Source: Azolla caroliniana (taxonomy: Eukaryota; Plantae; Polypodiophyta). Taken from it: a stretch of 64,000 nt of DNA. The notes beneath the pieces are model-generated. The model saw only the letters and a list, made by a program, of their open reading frames with translations. It had not been told where the DNA came from and made no database searches. Both the position numbers and the translations under genes were made by a program. Position 1 is the stretch's first letter, and each line of letters begins with the position of its first letter. Below are positions 38,313 through 50,118 of this stretch, piece by piece. The DNA is taken from assembly GCA_043228905.1 (NCBI GenBank), contig JBHGNT010000009.1:4526001-4590000 (forward strand). The letters run 5' to 3'.

Positions 38313-38823
38313 GGAAAAAATCATTCAAAAAAATAAAAACAAAAGGAACAGAGGGAAAAAGGCAATAATGTGGGAAGAAAAACAGAAAAGGAGGAGGAGG
38401 AGGAGGAGGAGAATGAAGAACAAATGTGGGAGAGAAGAAGTGCAGAATGGAGAACAAATAAAGGAGGAAAAGAAGAACAGCAAAAAAAAAAAAAACAGGA
38501 GTAGAAGGCATGATAATTGCCATTGCCGTTTGAGGAGCAATGAATGAATGAATGAATGGAAATTGGGGGGTGGGTGAAAAAAGAAGGTTTTTTGTTTTTT
38601 GTTTGTTTTTATTTGTGCCACACCATAAATCCTGCCACCGATTTCTTAGAACCTTACACAGACACAACAGATCCATATCCATATCCATATCCATTCCTTA
38701 CAAAGAATCAGAAGCAGAGAGATCCATCCACAGTCCTCCCTTCCTTCATAGACACTTTTAAAAGGAGAGAGACCACCACCATTTTGGAGATTCTTAAGTA
38801 CACACACACACACACACACATGT

Positions 38824-38990
38824 GATGTTTGCTCGATCCCCAGTGGTGGATCCTCGGACTCATGGAGCCGGAGCCGCAACATATCGGATGTTTGCTCGAT
38901 CCCGAGTGATGGATCCTCGGACTCATGGAGCCGGTGCTGCAACATATCGAATGTTTGCTTGATCCATCCTTGAGATGGATCCTTGGACCC
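38824..38990. repeat. Tandem repeat, 63-bp unit x about 2.6
   Basis: (G/A)ATGTTTGCT(C/T)GATCC...GGATCCT(C/T)GGAC starts at 38824, 38887 and 38950. Confidence 0.85.
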
Positions 38991-39251
38991 AAGATAGCAA
39001 ACATCTTAGAGAAAGAGCTTGGACCCAGGAAGCCAAGGCTAGAGTCAGAGCCCGCCTTGTATTATCTAGATGTCTGCTCCATTCCTAGTCCGTATTGGGT
39101 CCCCCCCCCCATGGATTCAAAACATTGCTTCGTTGGTGCCCATCCCCATCGATGGTCAATTTTGGGATCCCCTTTTTGTTTTGTCCATGGAACATGGACT
39201 TTCTTCAGTCCAACTCTCTAGTGCCCATGTGTCTTATCGCATCGTTCTCGA

Positions 39252-39464
39252 TGTCAACATTTCATCCTCTTCTTTTTACTTCCCATCAGCTGAGCCTCTC
39301 GTCTCGAAAAAAGGCTTAATAAGGAGTTTGTGAGCCTCGTTTGATTGGTGGTGGCGGTGTCAACATTTCATCCCCTTCTTTTTACTTCCCATCAGTTGAG
39401 CATCTCGTCTCGAAAAAAGGCTTAATAAGGAGTTTGTGAGCCTCGTTTGATTGGTGGTGGCGGT
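39252..39464. repeat. Direct tandem duplication, 106-bp unit x 2
   Basis: TGTCAACATTTCATCC...TTTGATTGGTGGTGGCGGT starts at 39252 and 39358, nearly identical. Confidence 0.9.
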
Positions 39465-41246
39465 GGTGAGGAAGTCTATGTTTCGGCCAATTGCCACATC
39501 AGGTGGTGTTTCGACCATAAATGGACGTGTGAAGTTAATTTTGATTACTCACAACATATCATGTTGTCCTTGGTGATGGCATTTCGTCTCCTTCATACTT
39601 CCCACAAACAACTCATCGTATTCTTGATGGCAACTTTCTTCTTCCTTCAAACATCTCATCAAAAGGGGATTGAGAAGGCACATTGGAACAATAATGAACC
39701 AGTGAATTCCATTTTGGTTGACCACCACTTTGAGTAGTTATTTGAACATGTGCCGCCCATTTCTAGGCATGGTTGTTGACACAAGGTTTGTGCTCATGGA
39801 CAATGTTTACCATTTTTAACATATTGAAACCTATAACGCCGATGTGTCATTATAGAAGTGAAATGAAATTCAAGTGTTGATATGTCATTGAGTATGATTG
39901 TTTGTAGCTCAAAATCATGTTAATGCAATTGAAATTGTTGGCACCACAGACTCATGTTAATTTAAAGGCTTGATCCTCAAGATAATGCTATAATTAGACC
40001 AATTCTTCATTCTCCTTTGGCATATCAAGAATGGGTATCACCTTAGGGGAAGTTCTTTGCATGCCGACTCTAGTGAATGTGGGAATCGTTGATACATCAC
40101 AAGTAAAAGCAATGATGTAGGGAGAAATAAATACAATGTGTCAATTCACACCAAGAGCCCAACCTCTCCTATAAGCAAGTTACAAAAAGGAGCCTATTTT
40201 TATAAACTTAACATAGGTATTGGGGAAGTGGCCTTCTTTGAATGTCCCAAGTATAGTTTAAATGGGCTAGTAAATAGTATTGGTCACAAGAGAGTTTAGT
40301 GTCCAACTACCCTCCGATATGCAATATAATATGGATGCAATGAAATGCCATTAACTCCTATGAGATCGGCACATTCAATTTATCGTATTCTCATAGGGGT
40401 TAATAGGATATACTTATATAGACGAGTGCACTTGAAATACCAACATTTATGACACATGCCTTTCACATCTTTTCTCAAACATTTAAACAAACTAGAACGG
40501 CACATTTCAATTCTTCTTAGTAGGTTCAAGTTAAACCATGAAGTTTGTGGCTCTATATTTTCTACCAACGTTTATGGAAAACGACGATACATTTCTAGAT
40601 TGTGCGAGACAACCTTGATTGTCATATGGGGATATTTTTTTCAAGCAAAAGGGCAGGGATTTGTCGAGTGTTAAAACATTGTTGATAGGCTCGTGACCAT
40701 AGTCTTCTCTACATCGGATTTTGTTTGTTTTTTCATACACGAGGACCATGAAAAAACTCTATTGATGTATCAGGATTGTAGAAGAATAAAAAAAATGTAT
40801 ACACTTAAACACTGATCGAGTTCTTTCTGCTTTTGATTCATTCCAAGTAACCGGAAACTTTGAAAACGAAAAGACAGATAATGTAAGAAAGGATTGAAGA
40901 AACACTCCATCGAGGGAAGTAAACAAATTCGCCTGTGCCAGCATTTTCGAGAGTCAAGGCTAATGCATTGGTTTCTCTCGAATTACATACATATTAGGGG
41001 GGGGTGAGGGGCATCATCTTAACATTTTCCGGACACATGGTGACCATATGAAACCGGAACCCCCTGGACACGATGTCCATGGGATGTCCTGGGAGACAAG
41101 GAAACCACAAATGACCAACATGGTTGATTGATATGGTTTGGATCAGCTTGACTTGACCTGACCAGATTTTGGTGGTGTGATATTATTATGTAGAACTTTC
41201 AGCCATTTTCTTACTTTCTCACATTGATTGATCGAGCTCCTTAGCT

Positions 41247-41301
41247 ATGGTGAATGATGAGCTTAGACAGTTGGGCTGCATTGTGAAGATGGGTATGATG
41301 A

Positions 41302-41347
<46 letters not shown>

Positions 41348-44300
41348 CAGAGAGAGATAGAGAGAGGATTTGAGCGAGAGAGAAGAGATTTTTGGACTAC
41401 GTTTTTTCAGGGGGTGCTGCCATAACCCACAAGGATCGACTCGAGACAGTGGATGTGGAGAAGCTTTCCATTACTTGCAAACAAATAAGAGATTCAATGA
41501 TGAAGAATGATTTCTCGTCGCACATTAACATGGATTGGAGCAAATGTGAAGAGCATTCCGCCTCCTCCTCTGTCCCAGAGCTTTCTCATATACAAGATTT
41601 TGACAGTATTCATATGGATCATCCTTTCATAGTCATCCATGGCGCAGGTGCATGCGTTGATACATACTTAAATACACAAGTCAGTACGTACTTACACAAA
41701 CATACATACATATACTTACACAAACATACATATACTTACACAAACAAACATACATACATACAATTTCTCCAAAGTTTATGTTTCATTTTGTGACGAGAGG
41801 AACGAGAAATGCTTGACAATTAGTAGTTCATTCATTGGGTCAGGTGAGTGACTATATCGATAAATAAAGAAATAAAACCCTTTTTCAGTAGCCATGCATT
41901 CAAATTGTATTAAAAAACTTCATGTTTCTTATTTAGATGGAAGGAATGATGCATATGTGAGAGTGGTTGATTCGTTGAGTTAGATAATAGCCTTTGTAAA
42001 AACAAAAAAATGTAGCCCTTTCAATTAGTTACATGCACATGTTGCTCAAGACTAGTCACTAACTAGTCGTTGAAGTTCAAAATTTTGTCTAAAACTCCAT
42101 GATCTGCTATTTAAATATCATTTGCAGAGATAAGGAATCAATGCCAATCACTGAATTAAATCATGAACCAATGATGTTCAATCCACAAAACTAGAATTAG
42201 TCTTGTGAGACATATATACCATTGTATAGCTCTTCTGTATCTTGAAAACATATCCTATGTTACTTGCCCACCAAGAGCTTGAGGTAGGTTGGCAAAGGGT
42301 GACAAAAAGTGATGGTTCTGTATATGCAAAGGTGTGCTATGTAGGGTTTAGATCTGTTCTCAGTTGTAATGGATAAATGTATAGACAATGCCCTTTGTCT
42401 TCTCTTAAAGTTTTGGTCAGATGAAGAAGTTTCCATCAACTTACACTAGTATTATATTTGAATAAAAATTGCTACAGGTTCGTTTGGACACTTTCAAGCA
42501 AGTAGATCAAATGTACATAAGGGAGGTTTGGAAACAACCCTAGGAAAGGCAGGGTTTGTAGCCACTCGAATATCAGTAAGTTCAATTCATACCTTAAAAA
42601 TATACTCACATAGCTCCCTAATAGGAATATAATATCGTTCTAGTACAAATGAATTTATAAAGATTACTCATTGAGAATTCAATCACAGGTTACAAAATTG
42701 AATCACGAGGTTGTTCGGGCATTGGCATCACGTATGAATGTTGAAAAGAATTTAGAACTTATTTCACTCTCACATGTTTAGCTTTTTTTCACATCTGATC
42801 ATCTAGATATGCTTGCAGAGGGCATTCCGGCAGTTGGGATTTCCCCGTTTGCTGGTGGTTGGTCAACCTGGAACCGAACTGTAAGTGGTTTAAATCAGAT
42901 GTATGCAACATTTGTATAATACTTACTTCATGTACTGAGAGGTTATTTCTCTTTTCTTCTGCCAAAATGCAAGTCCACGATGTATATAGAACTTAGTCTT
43001 TGGTCTACGGTGGTCTCACTTTTTCAAAATATGGACACTTGAGGAATTTGGAGTGAAAGCACAAAGTCTGTCCCTGGTTCTGGTTGTGCTTTACTAATTT
43101 TCAATTTTTCTGGGTTGATTTCTATCTTTCTTACCAAGTAAGACAGTTCTACTGGACCATTGCAAAAGTTCAAGGAATTGGAAAATGAACTCATCCTTCT
43201 TACTTATTACTGAAAACAAGGGTTTGTCACTAGATAGATTCAAACATAAGTTCCATTACATCCTTGTCAATATCCAGCTGTTACCTAAACATTTGAAAGT
43301 CTGTTTCAGGTGACAATACTTCAAAAGTGGACAAAATTTTGAGATAACACATGTTCAATGATCATTGAGAGGCATGAGAGCTTGTTAATATTAGCTTCTA
43401 GAAGAGTAGGGGAAGCTAGAATAGTGAGGAGGGATTTAATGTGATACGTAGTGTTTTCTGCATGGGATTATGTTTGGCCTTTCAGTCTTGTTTATTTTCT
43501 TTTCCGCATGGGATTAATTGTCCAATCCTGGGGCTTTGACAGAACCAAGTTTTCATATATTGACAAGCTGTCATATATTTCCATACTTATGGTTTTTCAA
43601 ATTTATAGTACAATTACCTTTATAAAGTTATTTTCCATTCCAAATGTAGTCCACAATGAAGCACATCAATTCGTTCATGTGCAACTTTGGAAGTTTGGGA
43701 TGTCCTGGTATATGTTTATGTTCTGTTTATTGCTATTTATCTAGGTTTTTATTCTTTTATATTAACTTTTATTAGAAAAAAATTCAAAATCCTGTTGTCT
43801 ATTTCTTTCTTTTCATGATGGAAAAGCGTAAATAACTTTTATTGACTGTCCATTTGATCAGCTTGAACAGTATGATATATCTGTCTTGAGGAGGGCAATT
43901 GAAGCTGATTTGGTGCCGGTACATCCATAATGCCTTTATTGTAACATTCATGTTATTTTTTTTGTGTTTATGTATTACATTTGAGTTACCATACTATTAA
44001 GAGTTATGATGTTTTACACCATATTATGAGAAATATGAAGTTAATATCATCCTTATGTTTTCAGTCATAGGATAATAGAGACAATTGATATTTTATTTCA
44101 GGTCCTGCATGGAGACGTTGTATTTGATTCTAGTCAGGTTGTCATTTTTTTTTCCTCACAATTTTCTTAAACTCAGCAATATTCCCCATTCCTATTGATC
44201 TTTTCATGTTAATAAATCTCACATATGACTTGAGTTTTGTTAGGGTTGTACCATATTGAGTGGAGATGTGGTGCTGAGAAAATTGGCAGAGGAGTTGAAA

Positions 44301-47300
44301 CCAAAAAATGCAGTGTTTTTGGTAAATTTACCTATGTTCATGGATAGAAAATTCTCATAACTTGTAAGATTCTGTTGGTACTGTCTGACTATGTAGACAG
44401 ATGTACCCGGGGTTTTTGATCGTCCACCTTCAGAACCAGATGCAGTACTGATACAAGAAATAGGTATATTTCTGATAATATTTAATAAATCTTTCTAAAT
44501 TTTATAAACATTATGGTATTATTTTAATGAAGGGAAAGACATATTTTACTGGAAGGGAAACCTGGGAAAGACTTATTTTAATGAAGGGAAAGACTTATTT
44601 TACTGGAATAGGTATACAAAATGGAAGGGAGAACTGGGAAAGGAAAAAATGTTATTTGGTGAATCATTTTGAAGAACTTATTCCTTTCACATTGCGGTTC
44701 ATCAAACCTGGATGAAAATCCAGTTCATTAAACTTTTTCATCCAGATGAAGAGCAGCAGATCATACCATTTCATAGTTTGTGAAGATCCTTTTTATTTGC
44801 TGACGTTTCCTGTAAATCTTAAAAATACTAATTGGGTCTTTATTATTCCGCACAAACTAAAGTATATAGGTTGGATGAATTTACCTGCACAAAGAAAGAA
44901 TTAGTACAGGTTTTGCTTTAAAAAGAGTTGAAGCATTGAATTTTCACTTTAACAAAGTCTCAAACCCAATTATTCAAATGAATTGAAATTCAAATACAAA
45001 AGAACATGAGAAGATCACAAGGTTAGCAAACACTTCACCAAGCCAAAGTAGGCGGTGAAGACACCATATTTTTAATTAGTTAGTGCCAAAAAATCATTAG
45101 AGTTGAACAACTGATCCAAATGCTTTGAATTACATCCTACTTATCAATGGCCTATATTGTTTAGATTTCAAGCTACATCTACTCTATGAGAAATGATTAA
45201 GAGGTTTTGCAAAGTCAGGACACTGGAGACAGGAGGTGAGAGGAATTACAGAGTCCACAGTTTGTGTGACATAGATAATAAGAATCAAACTTTCGCTTGG
45301 ATATGAATTGATTAGTTGGATTGAGTATTGATTAGATGGACCGGGCACAGTTGGCCTTCGCGATGCCAAGGCGACGATAAGCGTGGTCAACCTCTACCCA
45401 GTAGTTGCGTTGCTGGTAGTTACCAATAATATTGAGGAGAGTTGAAGAGTCAGCATCTCTCATGGCCAGACACACAGTCGAGTTCACACTGTCAGCGTAA
45501 GCAGCGAAGAGGAGGTCCTCAGGTCCAAGCTCCAGTGTCATGTTGTTGGCAAAGTGGAAGGAGACCGTAGGAACGGATGGAAGTTTGGTCTCCGAGAGTG
45601 GCATTGTATAGCACACCTGTGTCCCATCTGCGGTGGAGGGGTTCAAATGATTTGTTTGCGAGATAAATTCTTGTAGAAAATGGTTGTAGAGTGGTGTTTG
45701 TAAATGTGTGAGCGGCGTGCCTGTGTCGAAGATGGTGCCTTGAGGTGTGATAAGATCAGAGGCGTTGACTGGTTGGAGAGAGGTGTCCAGGGAGACGCTT
45801 CCGATAGTGATGCCTTCGAGGGTGACATAGTAGTAGATGTATGCTGACGGGCCGTAGGGGGGTTGGAGAGGAGTGTATGACATGGCTGAGATTAAGGACG
45901 AGGGAGGGATGACATAGTTGCCAAAATGGATGCTACCAGTATAATTCAAGCTCTGGAAGCTTTCAGGAAGGCAATAGGCAAATCGTTGTGGCATACTAAT
46001 GTCGTTGGCAAGGACTTGTGATATGAAGGAGAAAGGGCCAGGGCTCAACCCCATGATGCCCATATCAGCCAGAAATGATGCTGATGGTATGAACTTTGTG
46101 CACCCAAAGACAAGGCGTTGTTGTTGTTTCTCAACGGACCCTCCCATGTGAAAGGTCTCTAGAGCAAGATGTCCCGACTCTACGGTCCCATCTCCGTATC
46201 CAACCTCGAAGGAACAAGTGTCGTTGCATGTGGGTGTGAGAGAAACCCCAGGGCTATTATAACACAATGCAGGGGAGAGGCATGGGATGCCAGTGTAAGA
46301 TGTAGAGTCCGAGGTGTTGAAGGGTGAGGCAACCCCAAGCACTTTGTCAGTATAATAGCATTCATCGATATTGGCAGCGTCTGGTCCATTGCAATTGACT
46401 GTGGGCTTTGGCCGACACTGGTGCCAGATGAGCTCGCTCCCCGTGTCTACCAAGAAAGTTAAGTTTTGTGGTGGGGACCCAACTGGTATTGTGATGTAAA
46501 ACTCGGCCATATCGGCTGATATTACAGGGAGCCTTGAATTTCCATTCGAGTACAAACGCGATACTGTACTCAGGCGATGCGACATCGCTATGCCAGAAAT
46601 GAGAAAGTCCTTCAGAGGGGCGGTATCTATCTCTTTAGGAAGATTTAGATGGTGGGTTGTCTTTAGAGGAGACTTTTCTGCCTCTCTATGAATCATATCA
46701 AATGTGATCATTGAAGAAGAAGAGCTCACAGCTAGTAAGAATGGCCCCAATAGCCAGATTAGGGCCCAATCATAGTGTAGCCTAGTCATGGTGGATTTGG
46801 AAAGTGCTTTTTTTAATATTTCTCCATCCTAGCTACCATTTTATAGGACTATTTTGCTTCTTGCTTTTCCATTTAACGTTACGAAAATCAAAGGTGAAAA
46901 CTATATTTTTATGAAAATGACTCGTTTTAGAGGTATCGCTAATAAAAACCCAAAGCTTAAAAAATCAAACGCTTGCAAACTCAAGAAAAAAACAGCAAGA
47001 AAAAAAGCACGTTAATGAATAACAAATATTACTAAATGATTCTTAAAGAAAATCGAATTGCAAAGCCTAAAAGCAGAAAAAAGCATGAAATGGAAATGCT
47101 TTTTTTGTCACTAAATGATTCCTAAAGAAAGAAAGCACCGGTGAATTAAATCATGCTTTTTCAGCTGAAAAAAGCAAAATATTCCTTTTTTTACAACACA
47201 AAACATATACTCATAATCTGTTGAAACACTAAGCTCAGAGCGGCCCTGCCTCCTTTCACAGTGAAATTCTGAATTTGGGCAAAATTTTTTTATCTTGATC

Positions 47301-49443
47301 TCAATTTTTAGGAAAAAAGAGGATATTTTTTTCATCGCCAACTTCTTATCACATGAAGTGTGGCATGATCTTCCCTTTTTCATTCTTAATCTTTTCGTAG
47401 TTTTGTATTTATATTCTTACGAAGATTTTATTGAAGCAAAATACTACATATTCTCTTCAAATTGCCTTTATTCTATGGAATGAGAGAGTTTAAAAATTTG
47501 CATGGGTCGAGTGTGTTTGTTAGTGCATAATATGACTGAAATGGTTTTGTTACAATGAATTTGATCTGTGTTGGTAGCTATTCTTGGATCATTCATAGTC
47601 GTAGTGGCATTAATGAAAATATTATTGTGATACAAGAAGTAAATCTTACTTTGTATACTTCTATGGTGTCATTTGAGGTTTGTATTAAAATCGGAAGTCA
47701 TCATCAAATGTAATACCTAAGATTTCATGTGCAAAATTCTAGCAAAAACAAATCACCAATAGATATAGATTGATATACATATCTTGTTGGAATTCCACCA
47801 AAATCCAGCCTGATCAATGTCTTCTTAATACGACACCTTGTCAAGCATGTCTTCGATTAAAACCTTTAATTGAGCTCAGAATGTTACGATTTTTTTTTCG
47901 CAAAAATGAACAAGTGCAGATGAGACAGCATTGAAAAATGTTTAGTGAAAAGGTCAATTTGGGAAATCATGATGGACAGGAATTACAATTGAGTCACTAG
48001 AGAATCTGATGCTCAATGAGTGAACATTGCATCGTGTCCTCATCTTTGAATAATTCTTCTAGTTGATTTGTCAAGATAAGGTTTCCTGTTGTAAACATGA
48101 ACTTTCTTTCCTTAGTATGAAAAAAGTTTATTTTGTCTTGGAAAAAGAAGTATCTGAGTACCGCAGTCCATGTGACTATAAAGTAAATATGTCATGGTAA
48201 GTTATAAATACGTGATCTGATATTATTTGTATTTCATGCAGTTGTGAATGAAGATGGCAGTTGGAAAATCACAAAACCAGATACACTTTCTTTGAAAACA
48301 GGTGTGTACATGTTGTTTTCATTTCTGTTCACATGATTTATATAAATATAGAGCACAGAAGAAAAATATGTTTTGATTGTTCTGGCATTACCATACAAGA
48401 TTTTGTACGTGGATGTGGATACAAACACAACATATTGACTACCAAATTCTTTGGCAGTGTAATGTTACATTTCTAACTTATGAAATATAGAGAGGGTTGA
48501 AATAGATTGGAAAGTTCATGATTAAGAACAGAGATGGATTAAGAGAGGCTCAGAGTAGAAGAACAATGCCAAGAAATTTAACTCAGTAGTATGCGTTGAT
48601 GTATTTGATGTTTCACAAGGATTACATCATGCATGAGGATGTAACCTTTATGGCACCTAAATTGCTTTGCTGATGTTCTTTCCTTAGAATATATGCAGGG
48701 GGTATTACCATCTTACCAAGATTCCTTTCTTTGAGCGTAGTCATGTGAAACTAACTAGCAACATTCATGAGCTTTACATGCTGTTCTTCACACAATATCT
48801 TGGTACAAATTTGTATAAATCCTTGAAAATATGAGTAGTTCTTGTCGAGTTTGCGGCTAAGTGTGTTAATATTGGAATATTTCTAATGTGAATTGTATCC
48901 AAAGGAGAAATCACCTAGGTAGAAAGCAATCAGAAGTAACGAGCATAAACATGTTTTACTGATATTATTGTTCTAAAACACAAACTTGATGTGTAGGCAT
49001 TATATCAAACCAATAGAATGTCTAATGATTGGCACATTCTTTTTTTAAACTTATCTGTAGTTGCATGCATCAGGGGTTGAAACTTCAGCTGCAGCTCATG
49101 ACACTACAGGAGGAATGGCTACTAAAATTGCAGAAGCTGCCATTATTGCGAAGGCAGGAGTTGATGTTTACATTGTCGAGGTAAGACTGCAAAATAACAA
49201 TAGCAAGAATAAATTGTAAATGTGAGATATTTCGCATATGGCCCTGAAAACTAAATATCTCTCTCTGTCTCATTCTCCATTCTCTCTTAAGAATTACACT
49301 TCAAAGTGTCATATGGATTGATTTCTTTCTGAGCATCTGATATTTATATGCAGGTTGGCACTGAGCATGCATTAGAAGCTCTGCAGTGTAGGACAAACTT
49401 GAACGACAAGTGGGTTGGGACAATTGTCAGAGGTTCCAGTTGA
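41247..49443 (+). CDS. IPK: Isopentenyl phosphate kinase (amino-acid kinase family), about 326 aa, 12 exons
   Basis: Exons: 41247-41292, 41411-41647, 42478-42575, 42689-42731, 42819-42880, 43862-43918, 44102-44137, 44244-44321, 44397-44463, 48242-48301, 49074-49180, 49354-49443. All GT-AG and in frame, 981 nt. Motifs 'CIVKMGGAAIT', 'IHGAGSFGHFQAS', 'PVLHGDVV', 'ILSGDVV', 'TDVPGVFDRPP', 'AHDTTGGMATKI', 'WVGTIVR' match Arabidopsis IPK (At1g26640) as recalled. Confidence 0.93.
41305..41365. repeat. (GA)n microsatellite in IPK intron 1
   Basis: Perfect GA run. Confidence 0.9.
45332..46789 (-). CDS. Secreted A1-family (nepenthesin/CDR1-like atypical) aspartic protease, 485 aa, intronless, nested in IPK intron 9
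   Basis: Hydrophobic signal peptide, 'MIHRE' pro-region, catalytic 'VGSPPQNLTFLVDTGSELIW' and 'TIFDTGTPLT', Cys-rich insert, 'YGDG', 'FGC', 'GIMGL', 'FAYCL', C-terminal 'IIGNYQQRNYWVEVD..RRLGIAKANC'. Confidence 0.92.
   Translation of the reverse strand: MTRLHYDWALIWLLGPFLLAVSSSSSMITFDMIHREAEKSPLKTTHHLNLPKEIDTAPLKDFLISGIAMSHRLSTVSRLYSNGNSRLPVISADMAEFYITIPVGSPPQNLTFLVDTGSELIWHQCRPKPTVNCNGPDAANIDECYYTDKVLGVASPFNTSDSTSYTGIPCLSPALCYNSPGVSLTPTCNDTCSFEVGYGDGTVESGHLALETFHMGGSVEKQQQRLVFGCTKFIPSASFLADMGIMGLSPGPFSFISQVLANDISMPQRFAYCLPESFQSLNYTGSIHFGNYVIPPSSLISAMSYTPLQPPYGPSAYIYYYVTLEGITIGSVSLDTSLQPVNASDLITPQGTIFDTGTPLTHLQTPLYNHFLQEFISQTNHLNPSTADGTQVCYTMPLSETKLPSVPTVSFHFANNMTLELGPEDLLFAAYADSVNSTVCLAMRDADSSTLLNIIGNYQQRNYWVEVDHAYRRLGIAKANCARSI
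46839..46845 (-). promoter_or_regulatory. Candidate TATA box of the nested aspartic protease
   Basis: TATAAAA on the minus strand about 50 nt upstream of an ATG in CCACCATG context. Confidence 0.45.
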
Positions 49444-50118
49444 TGTAAACATGATGATCTTGTGTATGTGAATTCAGTCTTCTCATTGGAATCTGTTGAA
49501 TGGTTTATTGAAATATTGGTTCTTCTCTGAAATGGGGGGTTCTATTGCCATTATTGCAGCAACATCAATGCTTCTTTGCAGTATTATTGTGACAATCTTG
49601 CAATTGTAACATTTCTGTCTCTTCTCATTCCTCCAAACAATGATGGAACCTTACTGTTTCACGCTTTAGTGGAAATGGGCATCTTTAGAATGATGTAAAC
49701 TGGTTTTATGTTACTTGACATGATTGACATAATTCCATATCGAGAAAAAGAAAATCCAGCAGTCCACTGAAAGCAAGTCACCATCTCACAAGGTGCATCG
49801 TTATAGAAGAACAATAAACTCTTACGCATGGTTTTGACAACAGAAATTTACTTCATTTTATAGGTACGAGATTCCTACAAATTTGAGCAATTCTCTCATA
49901 ATTTCCTATTATTTTCATGTATGAAATTTAATTAGGCTGATCAGTAATGAAACATAACCCGAACATCTCATGTCATTGAGGTAGCCTATTGCTTGCATAA
50001 CACAGATTTAACATATGCAATGTGTGTGCAAGAGTTCCTATGAAAATGACCAAGGCATTATTGTTCAGGACAAACATATGTACATAATGAAGTGTTGGAA
50101 ACCAAGAATCAGCATGGT

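Noticed and set aside
37799-38694. Long Phe-rich ORFs (up to 269 aa) upstream of CYCU
   Set aside because: Produced by the 78-bp pyrimidine-rich tandem repeat; not credible proteins.
41392-41793. ORF-track call of a stand-alone 133-aa protein
   Set aside because: It is IPK exon 2 (41411-41647) read through into introns.
46880-47320. AAAAAAGCA/TGCTTTTT-rich segment upstream of the nested protease as a possible MITE
   Set aside because: No clear terminal inverted repeats or TSD could be delimited.
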